A DNA stretch of 63,813 nt, the filler included, from Octopus bimaculoides (lineage: Eukaryota), in the NCBI RefSeq assembly GCF_001194135.2. It is 8 parts of 7 records of this genome, joined end to end, with 100 filler letters (N's around TTAATTAATTAA, not from the genome) between each part and the next. Parts side by side here need not be neighbours in the genome. Positions count along the whole stretch, not along the records: positions 51,132 to 62,454 come from NC_068997.1; positions 62,555 to 63,813 come from NC_068985.1; 6 more parts are not named here. One strand, given 5' to 3'. Numbering within the stretch: the stretch's first letter is position 1; each line of letters begins with the position of its first letter. The translations under genes were made by a program, and so were the position numbers. Of this stretch, positions 51,032 to 63,813 are shown one piece after another. The notes beneath the pieces were generated by a model. It did no database searches and was not told where the DNA came from. It saw only the letters and a list, made by a program, of their open reading frames with translations.

Positions 51032-53327
51032 NNNNNNNNNNNNNNNNNNNNNNNNNNNNNNNNNNNNNNNNNNNNTTAATTAATTAANNNNNNNNNNNNN
51101 NNNNNNNNNNNNNNNNNNNNNNNNNNNNNNNATATATATGCATATGCATATATATAGATAGAGAGAGAAAGGGGGACAGACAGACAGACAGACAGATAGA
51201 TGTAAATCAGTCCTTTCATTTCAATATGTATTCCTGCGTACATATTTATACATGCACTCACTTATTAACAAGCAAATTACTTATTTGTAAGAGCTAGTCT
51301 GCGTGCATGTGTGCGCGTGTGCCTGTGTCTGCTCGCGCCCGTGCAGGCGTGGTGTGTGTGGGGGGATGCATATAGATATGTTATCGTTGTGATATGCATC
51401 TATATTTATAATGCATGTGATCTGATATTAATGTTTCGTACTTAATTTTCCTACAAATATTGCTCAGAATTGGAATGGTTAATGAAAGAAATTTAATGCT
51501 TGTCATGAATACTGATCCACACATATTTCCATTAAAAGTCTTATTCGAACAAAATATGGACGCTATCCGCTAGCGAAATGTAATCTAGTTCACATTATAA
51601 AGATGTTTTACAAAAGATATATTACAATATATATCATATAAATGTCGGATGATAATTCACAGGTGAAAGTTTAAAGAAAGTTATTAATATTTTTGTTGAA
51701 GTCAATTTAAATGATATACCTGGACAGAGTTGTTCTGGTTTCGTCTCTAGCTGTTTGCACTGGGAAGAAATTAACACGGAAGTATGTAAGCCTCCTGGTT
51801 GGCTCATTCCAATGTTGATATCAGTAATGTCATGTACATTAGCGTTATTTGTCTTTGTAAATAAATGCAGTACTGTGTCTATTGTTTCAATTCACTTATT
51901 TGTTAAGATTTAAATGCAGGCTACCGTACTTGATGCAGTGTTTAGATAAGTTCCGGCTTCCATACTTGATGTAGTGTTTAGTTACGTGCAGTTTCTCATT
52001 TTTGATGTCTTTAGTTAATTGAAATTGAATCAGTAACTAGAAGAAAACAATCATCTGCCCGAATAAAAAGTATTTTCAAAAGAAACAAGGCAGTCAACTC
52101 TCAAAACGGTTATCAGCCAAGACTTAAATTGCTTTTTTCTATCTTTTAATCACCAAGGAAGGCAGTGTCAATGACACTTTACAGGGATTTCAAGACAAAC
52201 CAGGTTCGAATGCCTATAAGAGAGCGGTCTCATCAAAAGACACCCAAAGTGCCATGTCAACTGCAAAAATATTTCAATCTTCTTGGCCTCTTCAGTCAAT
52301 CGCAGTCAACATTCATCTAACTGATCAGAGAACGACTTGGAGGCTATACAGAGTTGGTGAGATAATAATTCACTGATTAGACAACTTAAAACAACGACAA
52401 TGGAAAATTTCCTGGCGATGCCTACTGCATGCAGGAATTATTTTTAAGTAGAGGATACTTGATGTGGTGAATTGAAAATGATTTTTAATTTGAAGAAGTT
52501 ACAGTACTAATGATAAGAAAATTCATGAGTGTTGATAAAAATTGAGAACTTCTCAAACATTAATACCACAAAAACGTGAATTCACTTGGACAGGGGAGGA
52601 GGCATATGATTACTATGTTCTGCTGCCATAGTAACTACATGTTTGATCTCCTCAGTTGTGTATTGTCAAAATAAAGCTGCTTCATCGACACCAGCACCAG
52701 TGAATTAGAAAATGACAAGCAATAAAGGGATCGAAAAAATAGTAGCCCAAACTTGCTACCTTCCCCAGAAGAAATCTTCACCACCACTGCCTATGTTGTC
52801 ACCAGTACTAGCAGCAGGAGGAATAGCATTATACGTGTTTCATTTGCTAATAGGAATTAAAAAGAATTACATTTTAGATAGACATATAATGAATTTCCTA
52901 TTAGAAATTCTTCAAGCGGAGAAAAAAATGTATAATGATATCATGGTCGTATTATACTTTTTTTTGTCTCTATCTAAAGAATTTCTGATAGGAAATCCCT
53001 TATATGTCTATCTAACATGTAATACTTCGTAATTCCATGTGTAAAGGAGAATAAATAACATCAAAGCATTTCCAATTCTTTGTTTTATTATACGACAACT
53101 CTGCAAATAATATATCCACAATTCTCAATTTGAATGTATTTTGACTGACAGCAACAGCAGCTGTGACCACATGTTAGGTTGTGATAATGGAATGAGCAGA
53201 TGTGCCTCCATCTTCCGTGTTTCATTTGCCATATACATAACGATCACTGTGAAAGTGATCATGCTTTACCAGTAAGCTACCAGGTGTAAACCATTCGTTT
53301 TATTATCCATTCTAAATATATATATAT

Positions 53328-53361
<34 letters not shown>

Positions 53362-53539
53362 NNNNNNNNNNNNNNNNNNNNNNNNNNNNNNNNNNNNNNN
53401 NNNNNNNNNNNNNNNNNNNNNNNNNNNNNNNNNNNNNNNNNNNNNNNNNNNNNNNNNNNNNNNNNNNNNNNNNNNNNNNNNCTTTGAGTTTCCTTCTAAC
53501 ATATCTTTTCACAAGGCTTACTCCATTTCTTTTACAGAA

Positions 53540-53716
53540 AAGCCATGTGTTGTCATCTGTTGGTATTGATACATCAATTAGAAAGCATATTTTTATTTGA
53601 TGATCTCTGACAACTATATCTGGTCTATTGGCTTTAATTTCTCTATCTGTGTGTATTGGCATATCCCATAGTATTGTTGCTTTCTCATTTTCTGTGACCC
53701 TTTCTGGCGTGTGCAT
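53540..53716 (-). mobile_element. RLE-type (R4/Dong-like) endonuclease fragment
   Basis: HTPERVTENEKATILWDMPIHTDREIKANRPDIVVRD...CFLIDVSIPTDDN contains the PD..D motif. Confidence 0.85.
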
Positions 53717-53973
53717 ATCATCTTTTTTTTTCTGTTGTTATGCGTGCGTGTGTGTTCGTTGTGAATCCATAATCATGCATGTATGTGCGGGGAAATATAT
53801 GTGTGTGTATATAAATATATATATGCAAGGAACGTGAAAATCACGGTGGTGCACCAGCATGACCGCAGCCACTTGGCTGAAACACATAAATAAATAAATA
53901 AATAAATATGTATATGTATGTATATATGTAAATATATACATACATATATATATATCTATATATATATATATAT

Positions 53974-54004
<31 letters not shown>

Positions 54005-54044
54005 TTTCTCTCTTTATTTTCTCTCCTTGTTTCTTTCTGTATCC

Positions 54045-54080
54045 CTTTCTATGGAAGAGCCTAGGCTCGAAACGTTAAAG
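54045..54080 (+). ncRNA. Hammerhead-shaped motif with a decayed core (family H5)
   Basis: CUUU-CUAUGGA-A-GAGC-CUAG-GCUC-GAA-ACGU-U-AAAG. The stems are intact but the core deviates from CUGANGA. Confidence 0.55.
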
Positions 54081-54510
54081 ACTTTTTCACTTCCCGAGCT
54101 TTAAATTAATACATCTGTTTGTTGTCTTTGTTGTCTACACCACCTGAATTCGTCTTGTTTTTTGGGGGTTTTTTTGTTAATTCTCCCCTTATATATATTC
54201 TGTATTTATATTCAACAGCACACTCATTTATGTGTTTATGTAAGCACAAATTTTCTTCATTTCTTAATTTATATATTTACTTACTGAACGGCATAACGAA
54301 CAAACTTTTAACAATATGAATTATCCATGTGACATTGTAATTCTTTTCATAAGTGTTCTAAAACTATCCAGGGAAATACTACTTTCATTACCGGTATGTA
54401 ATTTTACAACCCCTCGATCTGTTACTAGTTTGATAAGTGCTAAAGCACGAAAATTGCCGCCCTTCATTCACTCTAGTTCTGCTACTAAATATTCATAAAA
54501 GGCTACATGA

Positions 54511-54585
<75 letters not shown>

Positions 54586-56229
54586 TGTGTGTGCGTGCGC
54601 GTGTGTATCTGCCTATATTATAACTTGGAAATAATTTTGATAGACAGTAGTCATTTTTAAAAAATCAATTGGAAAAGCCATTCTATTTATTGATAAATGG
54701 TGCACACTTTCCTGTTGCCGGCGGGATTTGAACTCAGAAAAAGAGGTGTGCAATCAATACTGAGGGCGACAAAAGTACTTATTTTATCACCTTAAATTTC
54801 TCAGGTGCTTAAAATTATTATTAAGGGAGCTAAAGTAACTCTCGATAACTGCAGTGAGTCAATTGCATGTACTGACGTCGATTTGACCTGATAGCTCCCA
54901 TCTTGAATATCTAGTCACGTGCCTATGCTTTATCAAATGCTGACGAATTGGCGAAGTCTTGCAGTATTTCGTTAGGAGATTTTTTTAATGTTGTAAGTTC
55001 AAATCAGCTTGTCTTTTCTCCTTTTCTTGACGATAAGGAAAAAGATAAGCCAAGTACTGAAAGTCGATATAATTACTCCGAACACATGCACAAGATAGGA
55101 AGACACATGACTGCAGTGGTACAACATAATGGAATCAAACTCAGTATTTCATGATTGAAATTCACACTCTTTCACCATTCAGTCCCTAAACTGCACGAAA
55201 TCAAAACTGGCTGATGTGATATAAATGGCCATATCTGTCAGCTCTTTAATCTCTCAGCCATAATAACAAATCATTGACCCACACTGATAATTTGTTGCTT
55301 TGTGTCAATGACAGAAATAATTGATATCTGCCATAATAAGGGTTGAAAGTTCTAGAAACTATAGAGTGCTGACAAAAATGTTGTTTCCTCTTTCATTATG
55401 TCTCTCTCGTCAAATTCCGGATTTCAACCCCGCAATTATCGAAATATTGCAAAATACATCGGGGATTCTAGCACTCGCGTAAAATTTCGTTTAGAGACAG
55501 AAAAGTCATAAAAAGCCTTATCAATATTTCATGTTTATTTGCAGATTCCGGATTTTCAATTTCGGCTCTACTAGTCTTACATCTTACACTTTTCTCTATT
55601 TTCTCCCGCTTATGATAACATCACGAGCATGTATTCGTGCCCAAGTAAATATGTGCATATATATATAGTATTATTTTCAAGCATTTTTACCTGTCAATAA
55701 TCACACACACATACACACGCACATACACATGTGCACACACACACACGCAACTACATACATATATGGACATAGGCATAACTTGCATAGTTGTCAGGTTGAA
55801 AAGTTTGCTTCACAAATATTTATTTNNNNNNNNNNNNNNNNNNNNNNNNNNNNNNNNNNNNNNNNNNNNNNNNGTCTCAAATATAATCCTCTACTTTTAC
55901 ACAGGTTTTGGACGAACGGGTACTCCAAAGGTTCCTAGACAAGGTATTGTCTAAAAGTTCTGCTTATCTATCTATCTATCCATCTATCTATATGTCTGTC
56001 TGTCTGTCTGTCTGTCTCTCTACTCTCTGCCTGTCTATTTGTCTGTTTGCTTTCTGCATGTCTATCAAATGGAGCGATTTGCCCAAAGTATTACCACTCT
56101 TCCACGCCAGATATCTCGATCTTCCCTAGCAATTTTCATGTCCTAAGTTCCATAACCAGTGTTATCCGCCAATTGATCAACATCTGTTGTTCTAGGTGTG
56201 CCGTTCACTCTTTATGTGTCTTTGCATGA

Positions 56230-57235
56230 GTTTTCAGAATAGTAGATCGCTGGATATTTCATCCTTGCTTTTACATAACATCTTCCTCTGATTACCGAGG
56301 TGATGGTAGGAAGACTGCCACACAGTCACTGCTTTGCAAAGTGTTGCTACCAAGAAAGATTGAGAACTGCACGAAACATTCTTGTGCATGTTTTGCCAAG
56401 CTTCTTTTGAAAACTCTTGTTTAGCATCCTTGCGGAAGAGCCGTAAAGAAGCATTGATTTAGCAACTGCTTTTAAGAAAGCCTTCTTCATGTTGCCAGGA
56501 ATAGAGGACATTCATATTATTCTTAGTCTCTTGTTAAGGTTATCTCAACAGATTTTGTATAGAAATTATAGTCAGCTCTGGTGTATTACAACGTTTCGTA
56601 TCCGAATACATCTAGGGTAAACAACGATGCGATCGAAGATGGAAAAATAGGTAATGGGTGTATATATGTAAGATTAGTATAGAGTTACACCGTTATATCT
56701 AGTGGCTATTTGAGCAATGAGTTCATGGATGGTTAATGGGTTAGATGTAGTACTGAAGAAGGAGCAAGAACTCCAGAAATATGCATATACACCCATTACC
56801 AATTTTTCCATCTTCCATCGCATTGTTGCTTACTTTAAAAGCATTGGGATATGCAAAATCGTAACAAATTTTCTGTAGAAAATCTGTAGAGATAAACCTA
56901 GCAACTGATTTAATGGCACTGCTAACACATTAGGACATAGCATTGACTTATAAAGCGTTTAATATATTTTGTAGTATATCATGGTTGCATAATGAAATAT
57001 GGTGTCCCCACAAGTCATTAGTATTCTGAGTCTGTCCAGGGCATTTCTGTGGTTTTGCAGCTTTTCCCTGGACATTTCTTTCTGTTGAAGCACTGTTAAT
57101 TCCCAAGTAGGTAAAGTCCTCAACCATCTTTAGATGGGTTCTTTTCAAAGTATAGATGTCATCTGTTCTGTCTACCACCTTAGAAGACTCACATTTAATG
57201 TGGTACACAATAGAATCAAGCACAGGATCTCAAAA
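56230..57235 (-). mobile_element. RTE-X remnant split by an H1 insertion
   Basis: About 57040-57235 reads DDIYTLK.T.LKMVEDFTYLGINSASTE. About 56230-56480 reads FLKAVAKSMLLYG...KKLG.TCTRMFRAVLNLSW*QH...LP.IT.VIR. Confidence 0.65.
56734..56798 (+). ncRNA. Type I hammerhead, family H1, second full copy
   Basis: UAAUGGGU-UAGAUGUA-GUA-CUGAAGA-A-GGAG-CAAGAA-CUCC-A-GAAA-UAUGCAU-A-UAC-ACCCAUUA. It shows compensatory changes relative to 3865-3927. Confidence 0.8.
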
Positions 57236-57827
57236 TAGTGAAAGAAACTTCTTCACTCTGCAGCCCCTATTTGCACTAACTTTGTGTTATGAATGACCCC
57301 ACTGTGTCAGACCTTTAAGCCCTCAGCCCTAACTACACAGCCAGCTGTGTGTTGTGTCCATGGCAAGAGTCGAACGAAAATTAATTATCACTGCTGCTTC
57401 AACGAATCTTTGTAGAATTAATTATAAATCTATAATTCCGGACAAAATAATAACAAAAAAAAAGAAAGAATTACAAATGAAAGAAACGGATTTAAAAAAA
57501 AACAAACAAAACCAGAACTCAACTTGCCAGAAGAAAAATAAGCACACGCGCGCGCACACACACACACATACACACACGCACGCACACAAATAAACAAAAG
57601 AAATAAAAGAACCCGTCTTACAAAAAACAATATGCGAAACACATTAGTTTCACTATGATAACAAACATAATGATTCCAAGAAAAACAAACATGAAAATTA
57701 GTTAAAAATTGTTAATATAAAATTTAATATAAGATGAAATATAATACAACAAATAATATAACATAAGGCCGAATACAATAAAAATAAGAATATGAATAAA
57801 TATGTAACTATAGAAATGAAATCCCTT

Positions 57828-57885
<58 letters not shown>

Positions 57886-58091
57886 CATTTTGTTATAATT
57901 CTCACTATCGTTATTATTACTATTGTTGTTATTGTAATTATGCAATTGCCATTATTATTGTTGCTGTTATTGTTTTCTGTAGTGTTGGTAATTATCGAAA
58001 ACTCGATAAAAGCAAATACATCGTTTTCGGTGAAAATTTCCAGTGATATTTCCCAATAAAGTATGGTATAACTGCGATATCAGTTACTTTC

Positions 58092-58122
<31 letters not shown>

Positions 58123-58125
58123 TGC

Positions 58126-58186
<61 letters not shown>

Positions 58187-58744
58187 ATTGAGGCTGATTA
58201 GAGGCTGTTATTAAGAAAGCATAATTAATGACATATCACACTTAACAAAAATTGATTAAAAAAAACAACAAAGATGCAAAAAAAAAAAATACAAAAGTAC
58301 AAAAAAATAAATACCTGAATATAAATGTTTTGTTTTTCATTTTCTAATGAATTTGGCGTAATGGCTTTAACGATGAATCTACGAAATATAATAATGCATA
58401 ACAAAAACAGAAACGACAAATATACACACGCACACAAACGCATTCAATGGCTCCAAACATTAACGCTGTTGCTATTGCTGTGTAGCCCTTACGATGATGT
58501 TTCTGCTATCAGCTTTACTGGTGCCATTAAGTTAATTCTAATTACTTTTGGCAACCCATCTATACAATCTGATTCCCCGATGTCTAGCTATGCTCAATCG
58601 AAACGACCATCAGCAGCACCACCACCACCATCACCACCACCACCACCACTACTACTACAACTACTACTGGTTTCTTTAATTTTGTTTGTCTTTTTACAAA
58701 TGCATGTTTTTCAAATTCCCTATTTTAAAAGTTTATTTCACCGA

Positions 58745-58779
<35 letters not shown>

Positions 58780-58785
58780 CATCAT

Positions 58786-59017
58786 CATCATCATCATCGT
58801 TTAACGTCCGCTTTCCATGCTAGCATGGGTTGGACGATTTGACTGAGGACTGGTGAAACCGGATGGCAACACCAGGCTCCAGTCTGATTTGGCAGAGTTT
58901 CTACAGCTGGATGCCCTTCCTAACGCCAACCACTCAGAGAGTGTAGTGGGTGCTTTTACGTGTCACCCGCACGAAAACGGCCACGCTCGAAATGGTGTCT
59001 TTTATGTGCCACCCGCA
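58786..59017 (-). mobile_element. Family D repeat, well preserved, cut by a gap
   Basis: It is a close inverse match to about 740-900. Confidence 0.85.
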
Positions 59018-59206
59018 CNNNNNNNNNNNNNNNNNNNNNNNNNNNNNNNNNNNNNNNNNNNNNNNNNNNNNNNNNNNNNNNNNNNNNNNNNNNNNNNNNN
59101 NNNNNNNNNNNNNNNNNNNNNNNNNNNNNNNNNNNNNNNNNNNNNNNNNNNNNNNNNNNNNNNNNCTTCTCACGCACAGCACATTTCCAATAATAATAAT
59201 AATAAT

Positions 59207-59912
59207 AATGGTCTCAAGTTTTGCCACAAGGGCAGCAATTTTGGGTAGAGGGGATTAGTCGATTATATCGACCTCAGTGTTCAACTGGTACTTATTTTAT
59301 CGACCCCGAAAGAATGAAAGGCAAAGTCGACCTCGGCGGAATTTGAACTCAGAACGTAAGGACGGATGAAATACCGCTAAGCATTTCGTCCAGTGCGCTA
59401 ACAACTCTGCCACCTCACCGCAATAATAATAATAACAACAACAACAACAACAATAATAATAATAATAATAATAATAATGATAATAATAATAATGCTTTCA
59501 AAATTTTGGCACAAGGCAACCAATTTCGGAGGAGGGAATAAGTCGATTACATTAGCCCCAATGCTCAACTGGTACTTATTTTATCGACCCTGAAAGGATG
59601 AAAGGCGAAGTTAATTTCGGCGGAATTTGAACTCAGAACATAAAGACGGACGAACTGCCGCTAAGAATTTTGGCCGGTGTCCTAACGATTCTGCCACTTT
59701 GCTGCCTTTAATGGTAATTTTAAATTTTGACAGAAGGCCAGCAATTTTGAGGAAGGGGATAAGTCGATTACATCGACCCCTGTGCGCAATTGCTACTTAT
59801 TTTATCGACCCCGAAAAGATGAAAGTTAAAGCTGATCTCGGTGACATTTGAACTCAGAACGTAAAGCAGGAAGAAATGCCACCGAGTATTTTATCCGGCG
59901 TGGTAACAATCC
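59207..59912 (-). mobile_element. Three head-to-tail family A SINEs
   Basis: Copies lie at about 59207-59420, 59495-59705 and 59722-59912. An (AAT/AAC)n tract separates the first two. Confidence 0.9.
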
Positions 59913-60069
59913 TCTGTTCGCCATCCGTCCTCTCCTCGCCAACTAAATAATGGTAAGTGCGCTCTTCCGCTTCTATACTTTGATCTTACATGACCCTACT
60001 CAGATCAGGCAGTGTAAATGCGCGTGGCCTGGTGCCGCCTTGGAGAGCAACTTGTCAGAGTTCTCACAG

Positions 60070-61112
60070 AGTCTCTTCTGGACGGTCTTCTCGCTTACGT
60101 TGGTGAACGCTGCCCTCGTCATTGCCTTCATTTCACCTTTGGTGTTACAAGGAGTTCTGCTGGTGATGTGGTCATAGAAATTGTCTGAATGCAATGATTG
60201 GGTCTTCGTGCTTCTGTGGCATGGTGCAGAGTCCTGTTGTTAGACGTAGGGTCTTCCAGCAGCCACCCTCTTGGTAGAGGGCATGTAACGTAGGCATGTG
60301 ACTTAGGCATGTGATGTAGACCTCTGTGTTGAGTCTGAGGCCATGTGGGAAGATGAATGGCGGAGGCATAACTTCACTATCACTAGTGATCACTCCAAAC
60401 ACCATGATGTTGACTGGACGTTTGATTTTTATCACTCTCAGTACATGCTTTCGGGACTCGGTAAGCCAACGATTGTTCCGTGTGTTCACCATCTGGTCCT
60501 AGTAGAACATTTTCTTGTCTGAGTAAAAACAAAGCATGTTCAGTTGGAGGAGATGCTTGAGTTCAAATAATTCGTAGTAGGTCTTTCGTCTTGTCTTTGA
60601 TGGCTTGGGAAAAAATTGACCCTTTCTCATCTTGTATGCGGAATACCGAATGTTTCATGACTACCTGCCTGATAAGAAACACAGACACTCCCATATCCCT
60701 GGCAATGGACCTGATTGACTTGGAGGGATCATTGTCAATCTTGGCCTGGATTTCACCAACAAATTCTGGAGTTCTTTTCTTATCAGAACGATCAGAGTGA
60801 GTTTTTTCAAGCTGGCGTATCTTCGTAATCACCATTAGATTCATTCAACTCTTTCCGAATCCTTTGCACTGTCCTCAGATTGACACCGAAACACTCTGAA
60901 ATGTTTGTAGTGGAGCTTCCGGCGCGAATGCTAAGCAGTAGAGCATGTCATTTCCAGATTTCTGGCACAGTGAACTGCGTCATGGTGCTGCTTTTCTGAC
61001 AGACGATGCCAAACTAACCCTACTACACTAAATAGTCGACAAAATCAAAAACAAACAATGCGTAAGCGAGGAATTAGAAATATAAAATGGCGACAATTTA
61101 TCCATCGCACTC

Positions 61113-61114
<2 letters not shown>
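60070..61114 (-). mobile_element. maT-like (DD37D inferred) Tc1/mariner element with its 5' TIR
   Basis: The end reads TA|CAGAGTGCGATGGATAAATTGTCGCCATTTT at 61114. Coding motifs include SDKKRTPEFVGEIQAKIDNDPSKSIRSIARDMGVS, MVNTRNNRWL...NIMVFGVITSD..VMPP.FIFPHGLRLNTEVY and DHIT-[WPPxSPD segment deleted]-TPCNTK. Confidence 0.8.
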
Positions 61115-61195
<81 letters not shown>

Positions 61196-62014
61196 ACGTG
61201 CCAAACATCCACATTTTTCACAATAGCTTGAAAAGCCTTGATTTTTGAAACTGACAATCATTTCTTTAAGGGAGAGAAAAATTTTACTCTATTTAATGTA
61301 TTCACTTTTTTATTCAGTGATTATTTATTTTTTACACACACACACACACGTGCACACGCGCAAATAAATACCTTGTCACAAATTTATAAATAAATATATG
61401 TATATACATAATAAATATAAATATGCCGCTCTCTGGGAGGGGAAAAATGTCTGTGTGTCCTACCGTCCCTTTCGATCGATTAGTACAGTCAAAAGCAATA
61501 AACATCTTAGCAACGAACGATATCTGGCAGGAAAGATCGAAACTGTCGTAAAGACAATTGAAGTTTAGTTTCTAAACAAACAGAAAAATAATTGATGTAA
61601 ATTAGTAAAATATAGTCAGATGAAAATTTTAAAAAAAGATTTAACCAATTATTTCAGAATCAATAATAATTAAAGGATAGAGGAAAGGAAACAGGCTGGC
61701 ATTTTAGAGAGTGATACAAATTTAACCTGCTGGAAGATAGCCAATTTGATCTTATTTTCCTAAATTAGTAGACAGTAATTATGTAACAGATTTTAATTCA
61801 GTTTGTAATAAGTGACTGATTGATATAAACATACACAATTTGAAAATACCGAGGAGAAAGGAGTGGGTAAGGAAAGCGAAACAGCGTGGCACAGAAATTC
61901 AGATGGGCAGAAACTAGAAGAAACTGTTTGAAAATACATTTACATGTATATATACTGACGGACAGACAGACAAACAGATAGACACAAGCACACTCACACA
62001 CAGACGCACACAAT

Positions 62015-62106
<92 letters not shown>

Positions 62107-62111
62107 GACAG

Positions 62112-62160
<49 letters not shown>

Positions 62161-62307
62161 TGCGCACGTATCTATATACATGTATACACTTATACATACA
62201 CGTTTATATATGTATATGCACACATACACGCACGCACTTACATACACACACACGCATATATATGTATGTATACGTATATATACATATGTGTGTGTGTGTG
62301 TGTGTGT

Positions 62308-62339
<32 letters not shown>

Positions 62340-62569
62340 AGTGTAATAGACTGGACTGAATACAAAATGATTTCAATAGGTGACTTCATTATATTTTGTA
62401 ATATAACATCGTACTATCTGCCTAACAAACAAACACACACACGCACACACACACNNNNNNNNNNNNNNNNNNNNNNNNNNNNNNNNNNNNNNNNNNNNTT
62501 AATTAATTAANNNNNNNNNNNNNNNNNNNNNNNNNNNNNNNNNNNNNNNNNNNNTATATATATGAGTGA

Positions 62570-62930
62570 AGGGGCAAGGCTCAGTGGCTAGAGCGTCAAG
62601 CTTTGGATCGTGAGGTTGTGCGTTCGATTCTCGGACAGGGCTGCGTGTTGTGTTCTTGAGCAAGACACTTTATTTCACGTTGCTCCAGTTCACTCAGCTG
62701 TAGAAATGAGTTGCGACGTCACTGGTGCCAAGCTGTATCAGCCTTTGCTTTTCTCTTGGATAACATCGGTGGCGTGGAGAGGGGAGGCTAGCATGCATGG
62801 GCGACTGCTGGTCTTCCATAAAAACAATCCTAGGTTGTGCGTTCGCCGGTGAGGCGACTTTCTGCTCAGACTTGTATCCCGGAGGGGAACCTCTTAGGTG
62901 CACCCATGGTCATTAGTGACCGACGGAGTC
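62570..62930 (+). mobile_element. tRNA-derived SINE family C
   Basis: GGCTCAGTGGCTAGAGCGTC...GAGGTTGTGCGTTCGATTCTCGG carries A and B boxes, followed by GTGTTCTTGAGCAAGACACTTTATTTCACGTTGCTCCAGTTCACTCAGCTG. Confidence 0.85.
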
Positions 62931-62965
62931 TTTTAATTCTAATTATATATATATATATATATATA

Positions 62966-63673
62966 TCAAAATAGTTAAAGAGAAAGAAGTCATGTTTCTT
63001 CGTTCATAGTTCAACACGCTTCTAACTTGTTGTTGGACTGATAACAGCAAATTATGTATATATATAGAGAGAGATTTGAGAGGAGAAGAGCAGCTAAAAA
63101 ACTTATCTCCATGCGTGTTGAATGATCAATGTTTAAATAAAACATCGACAGTTCTCCTTGATACGATATGATGTAAGGCGAGCGAGATGAATTAAGTCTA
63201 TTTTAAGGTTATCGTGGTTAATACAGGACTAATTTCATGTTTAATGTACAAACTAAATAAATCAATTAAAAAAAAAAAAATTTATTTAAATTTAGTACAT
63301 ACTGCATTCTCCAGCTGTATACTCCATATTTGCTGAAAAAAATATGCATAACTTTAAAATGTATTTACCTTCATTCATCCACATCAATTCGTAGTTCAAG
63401 GCACACAATATTTCAAAATAGTTAAAGAGAAAGAAGTCATGATTCTTCGTTCACAGTTCAATACGTTCCTAACTTGCCGTTGGGCCTATAGCGGCAAATT
63501 ATGTATATACAGAGAGAGAGATATAGAGAGAGGGAGAAGAGCAGTTAAAAGACTTATCTTCATGCGTGTTGAATGATCAATAAAACATCGACAGTTCTCC
63601 CTGATACGATATGATGTAAGGCGAGCTAGATGAATTAAATCTAGTTTAAGGTTAGCATGGTTAATACAGGACT
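62966..63673. repeat. Diverged ~265-bp direct duplication
   Basis: 62966-63230 matches 63413-63673. Confidence 0.9.
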
Positions 63674-63771
63674 GTGAAAAAATATGCATAACTTTAAAAT
63701 GTAGTATGTACTAAATTCAAATTAAATAATTTTTTAAAAATTGCTTTAATATATATACATACATTCATACA

Positions 63772-63807
<36 letters not shown>

Positions 63808-63813
63808 TATATA

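Noticed and set aside
52180-52950. Faint CR1/L2-like RT resemblance (NDLEAIQSW*DNNSL)
   Set aside because: There are too few motifs and too many stops to call.
58843-58862. CTGAGGA-CTGGT-GAAA in family D, which looks like an HHR core
   Set aside because: The five intervening nucleotides cannot form stem II, and no stem I or III pairing is present.

Overview
This is AT-rich, gap-ridden eukaryotic genomic DNA, not prokaryotic. The SINE families, LINE families and microsatellite density suggest a coleoid cephalopod, probably Octopus (inference from recalled repeat families, not a database hit). No host protein-coding gene can be identified with confidence. One weak candidate 5' gene end lies at about 27.7-30.5 kb on the minus strand. 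The window is mostly decayed mobile DNA: Penelope-like elements (PLEs; RT, thumb/linker and GIY-YIG pieces), RTE and RTE-X LINEs, Tx1/L1, R4/Dong-like RLE fragments, four Tc1/mariner lineages (DD37E TRT-like, DD34D mariner, DUF4817-type, maT-like), a TA-flanked MITE with an internal tandem array, and several tRNA-derived SINE-like families. The main unannotated signal is six foldable type I hammerhead ribozyme (HHR) motifs from five sequence families, plus two relics. One family has two copies (3865-3927 and 56734-56798) with compensatory base changes and a bulged stem I. Another sits in the inverted pseudo-LTR of a truncated PLE (33.5-34.0 kb). Element boundaries are read by eye and approximate unless stated as exact.
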